Shown here piece after piece: positions 10,660-19,652 of a stretch of 42,803 bases of DNA. The notes beneath the pieces are model-generated. The model did no database searches. It worked only from the letters and a program-made list of their open reading frames with translations, and was not told where the DNA came from. Origin of the DNA: Nanobdellota archaeon (GTDB taxonomy: Archaea; Nanobdellota; Nanobdellia; Parvarchaeales; Parvarchaeaceae). How positions within the stretch are numbered: position 1 is the stretch's first letter; every line of letters starts with the position of its first letter. The position numbers and the translations under genes are program-made. The stretch covers positions 1 through 42,803 of the forward strand of contig JAJZMG010000001.1 in NCBI GenBank assembly GCA_021798355.1, written 5' to 3'.

Positions 10660-11187
10660 ATGGATAAGAAGGGACAGATATTTACTATCGATTTGCTTAT
10701 TGCTTTATTTATATTCCTGCTTCTATTTACGACAGTTTTACTTTTTCTCTATTCAAATGCAGACATAAATAATTCTTATTCATCTTATTATTCTCAGATA
10801 ACCTCAAATTACATAAATAATCTAGCAGTCCAAGGTGCTAATTCTTTGCTCGGTTCTGAAGGTTATCCTTCTAACTGGTATGATTTTACATGCAACCAGA
10901 TAAAACAGCTTGGTGTACTCCATAATACTTTAGAGGTATCCCCAATAAAACTCTACAATATCACAACCCTCCCTGTGCAATGTATATCTTCACTGCTTAA
11001 ATCAGGCAATTCTTTCAACATAACTTTTTATTATTTAAATGGATCAGTATTAGAATTGAATGGCAAAAAGATAACTGCGGGTTTTCCTATAGACTACTCT
11101 TCTAGCTATGTGGCAGCTATACAAAGATTTGCAGTAGTTTACCCTGGCAATGAAATAATAAGGCTTTCTTATACGGAGTGGTCATGA
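10660..11187 (+). CDS. Archaeal type IV pilin-like protein (class III signal peptide)
   Basis: 175 aa. The N-terminus MDKKGQ/IFTIDLLIALFIFLLLF has a short basic n-region, G-Q, then a roughly 20-aa hydrophobic helix. The Ser/Asn-rich mature part contains N-x-S/T sequons. Confidence 0.7.
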   Translation: MDKKGQIFTIDLLIALFIFLLLFTTVLLFLYSNADINNSYSSYYSQITSNYINNLAVQGANSLLGSEGYPSNWYDFTCNQIKQLGVLHNTLEVSPIKLYNITTLPVQCISSLLKSGNSFNITFYYLNGSVLELNGKKITAGFPIDYSSSYVAAIQRFAVVYPGNEIIRLSYTEWS

Positions 11188-11894
11188 AAAAAGGACAAGT
11201 TTTTACGATAGATCTCGTTATAGGGAGTATAATAGTGCTTGCCGTTATAACCTCCGCTTACGCAATAACTAGTTATTATCTTACCGTGAACAGCTCAATA
11301 ACTTCCAATAGCGATTTTATTTCGCAGGTTTATTCTGCCGTCTCTTCCTTTTCAGTAGTTTCTTCTACCAATAATGGTTTACTCTTATTTCAGAATGGTG
11401 GCTCCGCCTCAGCCTTAAATTCCTACATTTCATCAGTTTTAGGACGTGAAATTTCAAGCCCTTTCCTTCTCCAAGTTTTTACAAAGTCAAATTACTCTAC
11501 AAACGATACGCCAAGTAATCTTATATTCACATACAATTCTAGATTCTCGTCTTCTGGTTCCTATTCAGCTTTTTATGAGCCGTTACTTATAACCAATTAC
11601 AGTATTGCATGTGGCTCGTCCTGTAATTCGTCTTTATCAATAAAAAGTGTTTTTCCGTCTTATAATGACACAATAAACGCTCCAAATTGCAACGTACTTT
11701 ACGGAAACGGTACTGTGACGGGGTGGACCACATTAGATAATACGCCAGCAGGGTACTGTACAATAGAAGTCCCGTCTTACGCAGATCCAAATAGTTATGA
11801 TGTCGTTACATCCGCTTCAAATGGCGCTTCCACCGGCTCTGCCACACTGTATATTCTTTCTATAGACCTCTTGAAATTTGAGGTTCAAAAATAA
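11184..11894 (+). CDS. Archaeal type IV pilin-like protein (class III signal peptide), paralog of the preceding gene
   Basis: The N-terminus is MKKGQ/VFTIDLVIGSIIVLAVI. I prefer the ATG at 11184, which makes an ATGA overlap with the upstream stop, over the GTG at 11178 in the ORF track. The mature part is Ser/Thr/Asn-rich with many sequons. Confidence 0.7.
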   Translation: MKKGQVFTIDLVIGSIIVLAVITSAYAITSYYLTVNSSITSNSDFISQVYSAVSSFSVVSSTNNGLLLFQNGGSASALNSYISSVLGREISSPFLLQVFTKSNYSTNDTPSNLIFTYNSRFSSSGSYSAFYEPLLITNYSIACGSSCNSSLSIKSVFPSYNDTINAPNCNVLYGNGTVTGWTTLDNTPAGYCTIEVPSYADPNSYDVVTSASNGASTGSATLYILSIDLLKFEVQK

Positions 11895-11895
11895 T

Positions 11896-12138
11896 CTATA
11901 TAAATATTATAGATTTATTTCGCTCTTCATCTCTCAGCTTTACTTCCATTGCAGTTAATTCAGATTCAGCATCTCCTCTGTAAATTCCCATTTTTATTGC
12001 AAGGTTGTTTATATCCATCAACAGCTTACTTACTTTCTTGGCTTTCTCGAAATCCACGTTATTTTTGTACTGGTTGTATAAAGTTATTTGCTGCAGTAGC
12101 TTTTCATATAAATTTCCCGTTTCCTCCACAATTTCCAT
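11896..12138 (-). CDS. Small helical hypothetical protein
   Basis: 80 aa, charged and probably helical or coiled-coil. It lies co-directionally downstream of ABCE1. No recognisable motif. Confidence 0.4.
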   Translation of the reverse strand: MEIVEETGNLYEKLLQQITLYNQYKNNVDFEKAKKVSKLLMDINNLAIKMGIYRGDAESELTAMEVKLRDEERNKSIIFI

Positions 12139-12242
12139 TTTTATCCCCCCTCATACCTATTCTAGAGGGATTCTAAATAAAAAGGGCGGGTTTGTATTAC
12201 TTACATATTATCAAAATCTGTTTATTATTAACTCTTATGTGG

Positions 12243-13961
12243 TTATTCAGCAAAGTACGTATTGGCCGATTTTTGCTCAATGTCAAGTCTGCTGCCTTTT
12301 TGGTTAATTCTTGGCCTTCCGCTGTCCTTGTCCCTCCTTATAGTAACATCTATATTTTTAAGGAAATTGTTTATTGCTTTACCTGTACTTTCTATCTGGT
12401 CTGTCATCCCTGTTACTCCTTTTTTGCCGCTGAATAATATACTCTTTGGGCAGGTAGAATCAAGAAAGGAAAGGTCATGATCCACTACTATTGCACACTT
12501 GTTTCTTGATGAAATAAACAAGGATATTATACTCATACACTCCAGTCTATCTTCTATATCTAGATTTGCTGACGGTTCATCTATAAGATAAACATCTGCT
12601 GGCTTCATAAGTGTAGTTATTATTGCGAGCTTTTGAAGTTCTCCCCCCGAAAGATTGTTAACATTCTTGTTCAGCAGTTTGTTTATTCCAAGTTTGCCAA
12701 TTGCGGATAAAATTCCCAAGTCCTTTTCGTATTCTGGATTTATGTTCAACAGAGCGTTGCTGACAAGCATATCAAACGGCTTTAATATCTGCGGTTTATA
12801 TGAGATCTTTATACCCAAGTCAAGTTTACCTATGCTAGTTTCAATGAGGCCGGCAAGCGCTTTTATAAAGGTGCTTTTTCCTATGCCGTTTTCCCCTATT
12901 ATACCTATAATATCTCCTCTATAGAGTTTCCCGCCCTTTGTATCCAATTTAAAGTCTTTTAAATCAACAATAAATTCGGGCCAGGAAATAAATGGCTCAT
13001 TTGTAACTGGTGGTAGTGTTTTCTTGATTTTTATGCTGTAATCTCTGAATCTGACGTTTTCAGTAGGGAGGTATCCCTCCAAATAGGCATTTATACCATT
13101 CCTAGATGGCATGATGTGCGAAGCTATCCCATAGTTGGATTCAGATCCGTATAAAACTTGTATAAATTCTGTAAGGTAATCAAGCATTACCAAATCATGT
13201 TCAACTATAACAACTGTTTTGTTTTCCAGCGCCCGCTTTATCTCTGTAGCGACGTTTATTCTTGTATTTATATCTAAGTAGTTCATAGGCTCATCAAATA
13301 TGTATACCTCTGCTTCTTCATCTAATGTTTTGGCTATTTCAACGACCTGCGCCTCTCCTCCAGACAAAGTTTCCGCATCTCTGTTTAAAATGTCTTCTGT
13401 TACAAGCTTAAAGCGGTTGTTTTTCACTATATCCCTGACTTTTCCAGTCTGTGTGAATGACTGGGCTTTCTTTGCTATTCTTAGATTGTTGCTGTAAAGC
13501 TTTGTAAGGTAAGGTTGTATGTCTTTTCCACGGAATGCCTTCATTACCTCTTCGTACGAGTATTCTCTTTTGAAATCTCCGAAATTTGGAACCAATTCGT
13601 TTGAAATAAGTTTTATGTTTGTGGTCTTTCCTATTCCATTTCTCCCTATTAACCCGACTATTTTGTTTTCTATAGGGGTTGCAATATTAAAGGTTCTAAA
13701 GGTATTAACACCGTATTGAAATGTAATATTTTTAGCCATTTCGTCTGGAAGATTTATTATCCTTATAGCGTCAAATGGACACCTTTTTACGCAGATTCCG
13801 CAGGATATACACAGACTTTCCGTTATTGCCGCTTTACCATTTTCTCTTGCATATACCGTTTCCTTTGCGCCCTGTCTTACTCTTGGACAAACCTCTGCGC
13901 AGATGTAATTGCAATTATCCGGCGCTTCGCACTCCGATTCCTTTATTACGGCAACTCTCAT
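12243..13961 (-). CDS. abce1: ABCE1 / RNase L inhibitor-type ribosome recycling ATPase
   Basis: 572 aa. The N-terminus has a double 4Fe-4S ferredoxin Cys cluster (CxxxxCxxxC...CPR; CISCGICVKRCP). Two ABC cassettes follow (GLIGRNGIGKTT and GIIGENGIGKST, LSGGE signatures, Walker B IFDEP/LIDEP). Confidence 0.95.
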   Translation of the reverse strand: MRVAVIKESECEAPDNCNYICAEVCPRVRQGAKETVYARENGKAAITESLCISCGICVKRCPFDAIRIINLPDEMAKNITFQYGVNTFRTFNIATPIENKIVGLIGRNGIGKTTNIKLISNELVPNFGDFKREYSYEEVMKAFRGKDIQPYLTKLYSNNLRIAKKAQSFTQTGKVRDIVKNNRFKLVTEDILNRDAETLSGGEAQVVEIAKTLDEEAEVYIFDEPMNYLDINTRINVATEIKRALENKTVVIVEHDLVMLDYLTEFIQVLYGSESNYGIASHIMPSRNGINAYLEGYLPTENVRFRDYSIKIKKTLPPVTNEPFISWPEFIVDLKDFKLDTKGGKLYRGDIIGIIGENGIGKSTFIKALAGLIETSIGKLDLGIKISYKPQILKPFDMLVSNALLNINPEYEKDLGILSAIGKLGINKLLNKNVNNLSGGELQKLAIITTLMKPADVYLIDEPSANLDIEDRLECMSIISLFISSRNKCAIVVDHDLSFLDSTCPKSILFSGKKGVTGMTDQIESTGKAINNFLKNIDVTIRRDKDSGRPRINQKGSRLDIEQKSANTYFAE

Positions 13962-14602
13962 TTTCTTGATATCATATCCTTATGAATAAATAGGTTGTTC
14001 TTTCTTTTTAACTTATCTATATCCTCCCTTTCTTTTAGAACCCTGTCAAATATCTCTTCATACGTCAACTGTATCGTATCAAGTGCATTTTTTGCGAATT
14101 CATACCCGTAACATTTAGAAGCAAATTCTTTGTCTTTCCATTTATCTGCACCGTCATGTTTTAGAAGGCAGTCCACTATCTCCTTTGGTTCTTTGAGTGT
14201 TTGATTAAACTTGGAAAGCGCATCCCCTACAATGTCAGATATGGCCGCTACCTCAATTATATAATCCTCAATGCTTCCCTTGTCTATGGCGTAAAGCTCT
14301 GCGATTGCTTCATCGAATGCGTATTCTTGATTTTTTCCGTAAGTCTTAGCATGCCCTATCTCATGGTAAACAGTCATCTTGAGCGTCGACAAATACCTTT
14401 TATCATATTTACTTAGATTTTCCACTTCTGATAAAAGCTTTTCATCTATTCCTATTAAATGTTCTTCGTCAACATTTTTGTAATATGAAAAAGATGCTCG
14501 TATAAATTTATATTCATTTACATCTTTACAGCATTCTCCTATTATTTTTTCTAGCTTAGATACATCCTCTGTGCCTTTTCCGGAGTCATAATCATTTTTC
14601 AT
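13958..14602 (-). CDS. Hypothetical HExxH (HEIGH) zinc-metallopeptidase-like protein
   Basis: 214 aa. VYHEIGHAKTYGKNQEYAFDEAIAELY gives HExxH plus acidic residues about 14-18 aa downstream, which is gluzincin-like spacing. No signal peptide or transmembrane segment. It overlaps the ABCE1 start by ATGA. Confidence 0.45.
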   Translation of the reverse strand: MKNDYDSGKGTEDVSKLEKIIGECCKDVNEYKFIRASFSYYKNVDEEHLIGIDEKLLSEVENLSKYDKRYLSTLKMTVYHEIGHAKTYGKNQEYAFDEAIAELYAIDKGSIEDYIIEVAAISDIVGDALSKFNQTLKEPKEIVDCLLKHDGADKWKDKEFASKCYGYEFAKNALDTIQLTYEEIFDRVLKEREDIDKLKRKNNLFIHKDMISRK

Positions 14603-14662
14603 TCCTTAGTATGAATACACGCGCTATAAATACTTTTTATATTTATAATGCCTTCAATCTGA

Positions 14663-15136
14663 ATGGAAAGTAATGATCCGGAGTGCTCTATTGAAGAACA
14701 TGAAAAGATGCTGCAAATGCCAAAAGACGGTCACAGTGATGAGGAGATAAAGGATATCCTCTCAAAATACAAAAAGGTAGCAGTTGTAGGGATGTCAAGG
14801 GAAGACGGAAAAGAAAGCCATGAAATACCTCAGTATCTGATAGGTAAAGGGTATGATGTGATCCCCGTGAATCCAAATGCCGATTCTATATTGGATAAAA
14901 AATCATACCCATCAATTTTAGATGTTCCAGGAACCATTGAGATAGTTGATATTTTTAGACCCTCAGACAAGGTCTTTCCAATTGTTCAGGCTGCAATAGG
15001 CAAAACTCCAAAAGTTATATGGATGCAGGAAGGAATTTCAAACGATGAAGCAAGGAAACTCGCTGAAAGCAAAGGAATAACGGTAATATTCAACAGGTGC
15101 ATGATGAAGGAACATATTAGATTGTTTGGGGATTAA
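14663..15136 (+). CDS. CoA-binding domain protein (YccU/YneT-like)
   Basis: 157 aa with KKVAVVGMS...IPQYLIGKGYDVIPVNPN...IEIVDIFRPS...KVIWMQEG, matching the CoA_binding_2 family pattern. Confidence 0.75.
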   Translation: MESNDPECSIEEHEKMLQMPKDGHSDEEIKDILSKYKKVAVVGMSREDGKESHEIPQYLIGKGYDVIPVNPNADSILDKKSYPSILDVPGTIEIVDIFRPSDKVFPIVQAAIGKTPKVIWMQEGISNDEARKLAESKGITVIFNRCMMKEHIRLFGD

Positions 15137-15181
15137 TAGAAATATATATAATTAATTGTCAAAATATAATTATTGAAATTT

Positions 15182-15592
15182 ATGGTAACTGCAGTTTGTC
15201 AATGCTATAAGTGTAACTACAGATTTAATTATGAATATATCATGGGCGTTTCTTACCATTCAATAAGGCTTGGACATAAACGAATATTCCGCTGCCCAAA
15301 CTGCAAAACTCTGCAGAAGTTTGATTTGACCAATAAAGTGCAGGATAACTCATTGAAAACTTATGGCGACAGTTCAGAAGTGGGCATGGGCGCAAAGATC
15401 TGGGTTATGATGATTTTGCCAACTTTTGTGCTTACATTTGCAGGAGCCTTTTCTTTCTCTATATTCATACAGCCTTTGTATCTTCATTTCGCTTTGATTG
15501 CTTTTGGAATAATGTGGGTATTTGCATATCTGGCATATTTAATAATGACGACTGGCCCAAAACCGGTAAAAATAAATGGTGGAAGTAAGTGA
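15182..15592 (+). CDS. Zinc-ribbon membrane protein
   Basis: The N-terminus has CxxC...CxxC (CQCYKCN ... CPNCKT), followed by two or three hydrophobic helices. I prefer the ATG at 15182 to the TTG at 15173. Confidence 0.5.
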   Translation: MVTAVCQCYKCNYRFNYEYIMGVSYHSIRLGHKRIFRCPNCKTLQKFDLTNKVQDNSLKTYGDSSEVGMGAKIWVMMILPTFVLTFAGAFSFSIFIQPLYLHFALIAFGIMWVFAYLAYLIMTTGPKPVKINGGSK

Positions 15593-16140
15593 TGGTATAC
15601 AGCTTTGCAATTTCAACAGGTAACTTAAATTTTATACTCATTCTGCCTGTAATACTAGGGATAATCGTTATAGCCCTCGGTCTTTTTACCAAGAAAAAGA
15701 ATGAAAATACGAAAGGGATAAAAAATACATTTTATATCACAGTAGGAGTAGGACTTTCTCTTATAATTTTAGGTTTAGTTCTTTTCTTTATATTAAATGT
15801 TCCTTATAAGGTTAAAATAGGAAGCGGCTACATATCAGTATCCGGTCCGAGTATAGCAGGAGGTAGTTTAAATGTAACTTCTAATGAAATTAAATCTGCA
15901 TATGTCGGTAATATTATAACCGGAAATCTTACTATTTCTGTACGAACCGGCGGTACAAGTATAGGCAATTTAAACGCTGGCAACTTTTTACTTAGTAACA
16001 ATGCGAAAGCGTACCTCGCATCAGAAAACAGCACCGATATAATAATAAAATTGAAGAGTGGTAACTATCTTATTATAGGAAATAATGATACGAATGCTTT
16101 GGCGGCAATAGTTTCAAGGTACGTTTACAATTTAAGCTGA
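15592..16140 (+). CDS. Membrane protein, two N-terminal TM helices plus a possible bacterial-PH-like beta domain
   Basis: Two transmembrane helices are followed by a Gly/Asn/Ser-rich beta-type domain. The start overlaps the upstream stop (TGATG). The domain assignment is tentative. Confidence 0.45.
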   Translation: MVYSFAISTGNLNFILILPVILGIIVIALGLFTKKKNENTKGIKNTFYITVGVGLSLIILGLVLFFILNVPYKVKIGSGYISVSGPSIAGGSLNVTSNEIKSAYVGNIITGNLTISVRTGGTSIGNLNAGNFLLSNNAKAYLASENSTDIIIKLKSGNYLIIGNNDTNALAAIVSRYVYNLS

Positions 16141-16195
16141 AGTTTGTTAAAAAGCAATAAAAAAGCATTTATCTTATGATTATCAATACTAATCT

Positions 16196-17923
16196 ATGAC
16201 AGAGTATATACTAAATAGCAAGTTCAACGACCCGTTCAATAAGGTTCAATTCGGAGTTTCTATAGGAGAAAGAAATCAGCTAGAAGAGTTTTCTAAAGTT
16301 CTAAGAAGCGGTGCAAAGATGGTTGAGGTTGATATAGCAAGTGTATATGGTTTAGGCGGAGAGCAGGGCAATGCCGCTGATACTATCGGCAAGACCGAAA
16401 GAGAAGCAATAGCCAATCTTGCAAAGACAAATGATGTTGATTTGAGCGTTCATGCTCCTTGGGCAATAAACTTTTCAGGTATAGATCCGCAGTCTAGAGC
16501 TAAATCCGAGATATATGAACACGCTGTTGAAAGGGAGATTAGTACTGCTCTGGAGTTTGCTGATGATATAAGCAAAAAGATCGGTAGACAAAATATGCCG
16601 GTTATTTTTCATGCTTCTTCTGATCAGCTTTCAGATCCAGATAAAAATTTGGTTTATTCAGTTTATGACCAAAAGGATGAAAAGGTTCTTCAGATCCCCA
16701 AGCAGGAGATCGAATTAGGTATAGACAAAAACACATTAAGTAATCCTGATGAAATAAAAAAGCTGGCATTGCAGAAGTTTAGGGATATCTATGGAGAAAG
16801 TTTCTATCAAAAAGTTTTTGAAAACGATGATAATAAGAAACTCGGATTCGTTTCTGACGATGGTAAAGTAATACTAAATCCAGAAGGTTCGCTTGAATTT
16901 CAGAAAAAGAATATATCACAGCAGCTTAATCAGGAGAGGGCAAGCCTCAACATAAGTTTAAGGAATCTCGAATATCAAGAGACTGACCTTTTAGCTAGAC
17001 TCAGTCTTGCAAAGGCAAGATCTGATAAAAAAGACTTTGAAAAAACTCAGAAAGACCTTGAAAATATACAAGAGATGGTTAAAAATCTAAATCAAAAATA
17101 TTCCGAGCTTGAAATCGACGAAAAAAATCTTGCTACTAGGTTTGTACCGTATGATAAAAAGGCACCAGAACTTGCTGCTGAGGGAATAACGAAAGCTGCA
17201 ATGTTCTCTTATAACCATACTCAGTCAAAGCCAATGATACTTGTTGAAAACCCCATGTCTCCAGAAATGTCACTAAGTGATCCTAGGGACACAGCAGAAG
17301 CAGTAAGAATAGCAAGAGAGCAATTTGCAAAAGAGCTTCATGAAAAACAGCATTTGTCGCTTAAAGAAGCAGAACGGGTAAGCAGCGATCTTATAGGCAT
17401 AAATTTGGATGTAGGCCATATAAATGTCTTTAAATCCTACATAAATCCAAAGACCGGACAACTGTACTCCGATAAAGATATAGTCGAAATGGCAAAATCT
17501 GCAGGAGATTATTTAAAAAGATACCACTTAAATGATAATATGGGAAATAAAGACAGCCATCTCCCTTTAGGCCAGGGAAACGCTCCAATAAAAGAGATTT
17601 ATGATGCAATGATGGATAAAGGATTAGATGTTCCTGCTATAATGGAGGTTTTCGGTGGATTGGGAGGACTTGAAGGTGGAACGATTCAGTCACTTCAGTA
17701 CATGGGCGCTCCTTTATATGGAAATCTGCCTTATATGTCTCTGCCTTCTTATCTGGGCCAGCCGTACTCCTCAATAATAGGAGATTATTCCTCCTATTCT
17801 AATCTTGGATTAAAACAGGACATGTTTTCGTATGGCGGCTTTTCAGGAATATTTCCGTCAATAGGAGGAGGTTACATGGAAAATAAGGGCAATTCAGGCT
17901 TTTCGGGGGTGCCAATGGCATGA
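16196..17923 (+). CDS. AP-endonuclease-2/xylose-isomerase-like TIM-barrel protein (Endo IV-like metal ligands) with a large coiled-coil insertion and low-complexity tail
   Basis: 575 aa. Ordered motifs VHAPW, IFHAS, LVENP, LDVGH, YHLNDN..KDSH.PLGQG and AIMEV match the Endo IV-type metal-ligand series. About 200 aa of charged heptad-like sequence interrupts the barrel between the FHAS and VEN blocks. The last roughly 85 aa are G/S/Y-rich. Confidence 0.6.
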   Translation: MTEYILNSKFNDPFNKVQFGVSIGERNQLEEFSKVLRSGAKMVEVDIASVYGLGGEQGNAADTIGKTEREAIANLAKTNDVDLSVHAPWAINFSGIDPQSRAKSEIYEHAVEREISTALEFADDISKKIGRQNMPVIFHASSDQLSDPDKNLVYSVYDQKDEKVLQIPKQEIELGIDKNTLSNPDEIKKLALQKFRDIYGESFYQKVFENDDNKKLGFVSDDGKVILNPEGSLEFQKKNISQQLNQERASLNISLRNLEYQETDLLARLSLAKARSDKKDFEKTQKDLENIQEMVKNLNQKYSELEIDEKNLATRFVPYDKKAPELAAEGITKAAMFSYNHTQSKPMILVENPMSPEMSLSDPRDTAEAVRIAREQFAKELHEKQHLSLKEAERVSSDLIGINLDVGHINVFKSYINPKTGQLYSDKDIVEMAKSAGDYLKRYHLNDNMGNKDSHLPLGQGNAPIKEIYDAMMDKGLDVPAIMEVFGGLGGLEGGTIQSLQYMGAPLYGNLPYMSLPSYLGQPYSSIIGDYSSYSNLGLKQDMFSYGGFSGIFPSIGGGYMENKGNSGFSGVPMA

Positions 17924-18705
17924 TGGAAGAAAACAATGAAAAAGGACACTTGGAATTAAGGGGATACGATGCTGCTTATAAGTTCGCAAAAGGGATATTC
18001 GAGATGTATCCAAAAGTAATGAAAACAATAGTTTTATTTGGTTCTTACAGCAAAGGCAAAGAAACAGAAGATAGCGATGTAGACATTATGATAGTAATGG
18101 ATGATGTTTTGAATAAACTTGATGAAAAAGTTCAATCGCTGATATTCTCAGATGTTGACAAGCTTGTGAAAGAAAGTCAGGCCAAACTGCATATAAATTT
18201 TGTAACGTTAACAGCATTTTGGCGCGGCGTAATAGCTGCAGACCCAGTTTCAGTAAACGTTCTAAAATATGGCGTTCCTCTGATAGATACGGGTTACTTT
18301 GAACCTTTGCAGGCCCTGCTTAATATGGGAGAGATAAAGCCTACAGAAGAATCAATATATGCTTCTTTAACAAGGAGCGAACTTTATATGAATTCTGCAA
18401 AGCTTAAACTTGCTTCCGTTGTGACAGACACGTACTGGGCTGTTGTAAACTCTGCACAAGCTGCTATAATGCGGCAGGGAGACATACCTCCCTCTCCAGA
18501 AGTAATACCTGAAATGCTTTTAAAGCTTGAAGGAAGGGGGTTAATTCACAAGAAACAGGTTGATGATTTCAATGAAATATTCACGCTTGGTAAAAGATTA
18601 TTCCATGGAGAAAAAATTGATATAAACGGGGAAAAAGCGCAAGAAATAATAGTAAAAGGAATCGAGTTTAATTTAAAGATGGTTAATATCGTGAAACCTA
18701 AATAA
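17920..18705 (+). CDS. Nucleotidyltransferase-domain protein with a C-terminal helical HEPN-like domain (KNTase-like architecture)
   Basis: 261 aa with a Pol-beta-type NTase motif (VLFGSYSKGKETEDSDVDIMIV, that is GS...DxD). The C-terminal helical half has only a non-canonical RLFH in place of Rx4-6H. It overlaps the upstream gene by ATGA. Confidence 0.65.
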   Translation: MMEENNEKGHLELRGYDAAYKFAKGIFEMYPKVMKTIVLFGSYSKGKETEDSDVDIMIVMDDVLNKLDEKVQSLIFSDVDKLVKESQAKLHINFVTLTAFWRGVIAADPVSVNVLKYGVPLIDTGYFEPLQALLNMGEIKPTEESIYASLTRSELYMNSAKLKLASVVTDTYWAVVNSAQAAIMRQGDIPPSPEVIPEMLLKLEGRGLIHKKQVDDFNEIFTLGKRLFHGEKIDINGEKAQEIIVKGIEFNLKMVNIVKPK

Positions 18706-19249
18706 GTACATTTATTAATATTCCTAGAAAAGCGCTTATAACCGCTATTAGTAATCCTACACCGGCTGCCTTTAGCCCTTCCTTTATCTTTTGGGTTTTG
18801 TTTTCCTGAGAATAACTTCCTATTATTCCAAGTATTACCAAACTTAAACCCAGCGAAATAATGCTTGTGTTAATGGTTTGTTTGGCGTTTAACAAATAAT
18901 AAATCAAATATGGGAAAAGCACTATAAAACTGCCTAGTAATGTAGATATGCAACCAAGTTCTGCGTATTTTAGATTTTTAGCTTTTTTAAGTTTTGTAAT
19001 TTTCTTGGGGTTATATTCCTTTGCGAAAAGTATCTTTCTGTATTCCTTCATCTGCTGTCCCAATACAAAGTTTTCTGCATTATAAACTGAGAAGAAATTT
19101 GATAAAGAACCGCTTATGCCTACCAATAAAATTGATGTAAATGTCAGTTGGTAGCTATGAAAGACCGAGATTCCAAGAGATATACCCAAACCAAGGAATA
19201 ATCCGTCGCTTAAACCTAATATTATGTATCTATTTTTTGCTCTTTCCAT
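18698..19249 (-). CDS. VIT1/CCC1-family-like membrane protein
   Basis: 183 aa with about five transmembrane helices and an N-terminal GLSDGLFLGLG motif reminiscent of the VIT family. It is paired with a DUF211-type gene upstream. Confidence 0.5.
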   Translation of the reverse strand: MERAKNRYIILGLSDGLFLGLGISLGISVFHSYQLTFTSILLVGISGSLSNFFSVYNAENFVLGQQMKEYRKILFAKEYNPKKITKLKKAKNLKYAELGCISTLLGSFIVLFPYLIYYLLNAKQTINTSIISLGLSLVILGIIGSYSQENKTQKIKEGLKAAGVGLLIAVISAFLGILINVLI

Positions 19250-19502
19250 TGGAACTTACTGTGGCTTCATCTAAACTATTTATAACTGCCCCTCTATCCT
19301 TCAAAGCCTTCTGTATCCCTTCAAAGTTTATTTTTGAGCCTTCGATGACCACTTTTAATCCTTCAGTATGTATATCTACCTCTAAAACTTTTATGAAAAC
19401 CTCTCCATTCTTGACATGTTTTGCGATATCATTCGCTAGGTCTATTATGCTATATTCACCAATAGGCTTTACTGCGTCTATAACTAATCTGCTCAAATAC
19501 AT
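19230..19502 (-). CDS. DUF211-family small protein
   Basis: 90 aa. RLVIDAVKP...IIDLANDI......IKVLEVDIHTEGLKVVIEGSKINFEGIQKAL...GAVINSLDE matches the archaeal DUF211 pattern. Confidence 0.65.
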   Translation of the reverse strand: MYLSRLVIDAVKPIGEYSIIDLANDIAKHVKNGEVFIKVLEVDIHTEGLKVVIEGSKINFEGIQKALKDRGAVINSLDEATVSSNGKSKK

Positions 19503-19620
19503 ATGACGTGTATTTTATATCTGTTTAGATTAATAAATCTTTATTGAGGTTACTTTCTAGCTATTTAGTTAAAAGGAAGCCGTTGCATAATTCGTTTGCA
19601 GACGCCTTACTAAAAGGAAA

Positions 19621-19629
19621 TATTTAAAT
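19621..19629 (+). promoter_or_regulatory. TATA box (TATTTAAAT) for the pilin gene at 19653
   Basis: It starts 32 nt upstream of the ATG and is preceded by a purine-rich AAAAGGAAA (BRE-like). This spacing implies a leaderless or very short-leader mRNA. Confidence 0.45.
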
Positions 19630-19652
19630 AGTATCACTTTTAGTATGTAGAT

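Noticed and set aside
11949-12480. Cluster of overlapping 72-100-aa plus-strand ORFs (11949..12176, 12005..12307, 12192..12437, 12262..12480)
   Set aside because: They are mutually overlapping and antisense to the small helical ORF and the 3' end of ABCE1. Their hydrophobic junk-like sequences are shadow frames.
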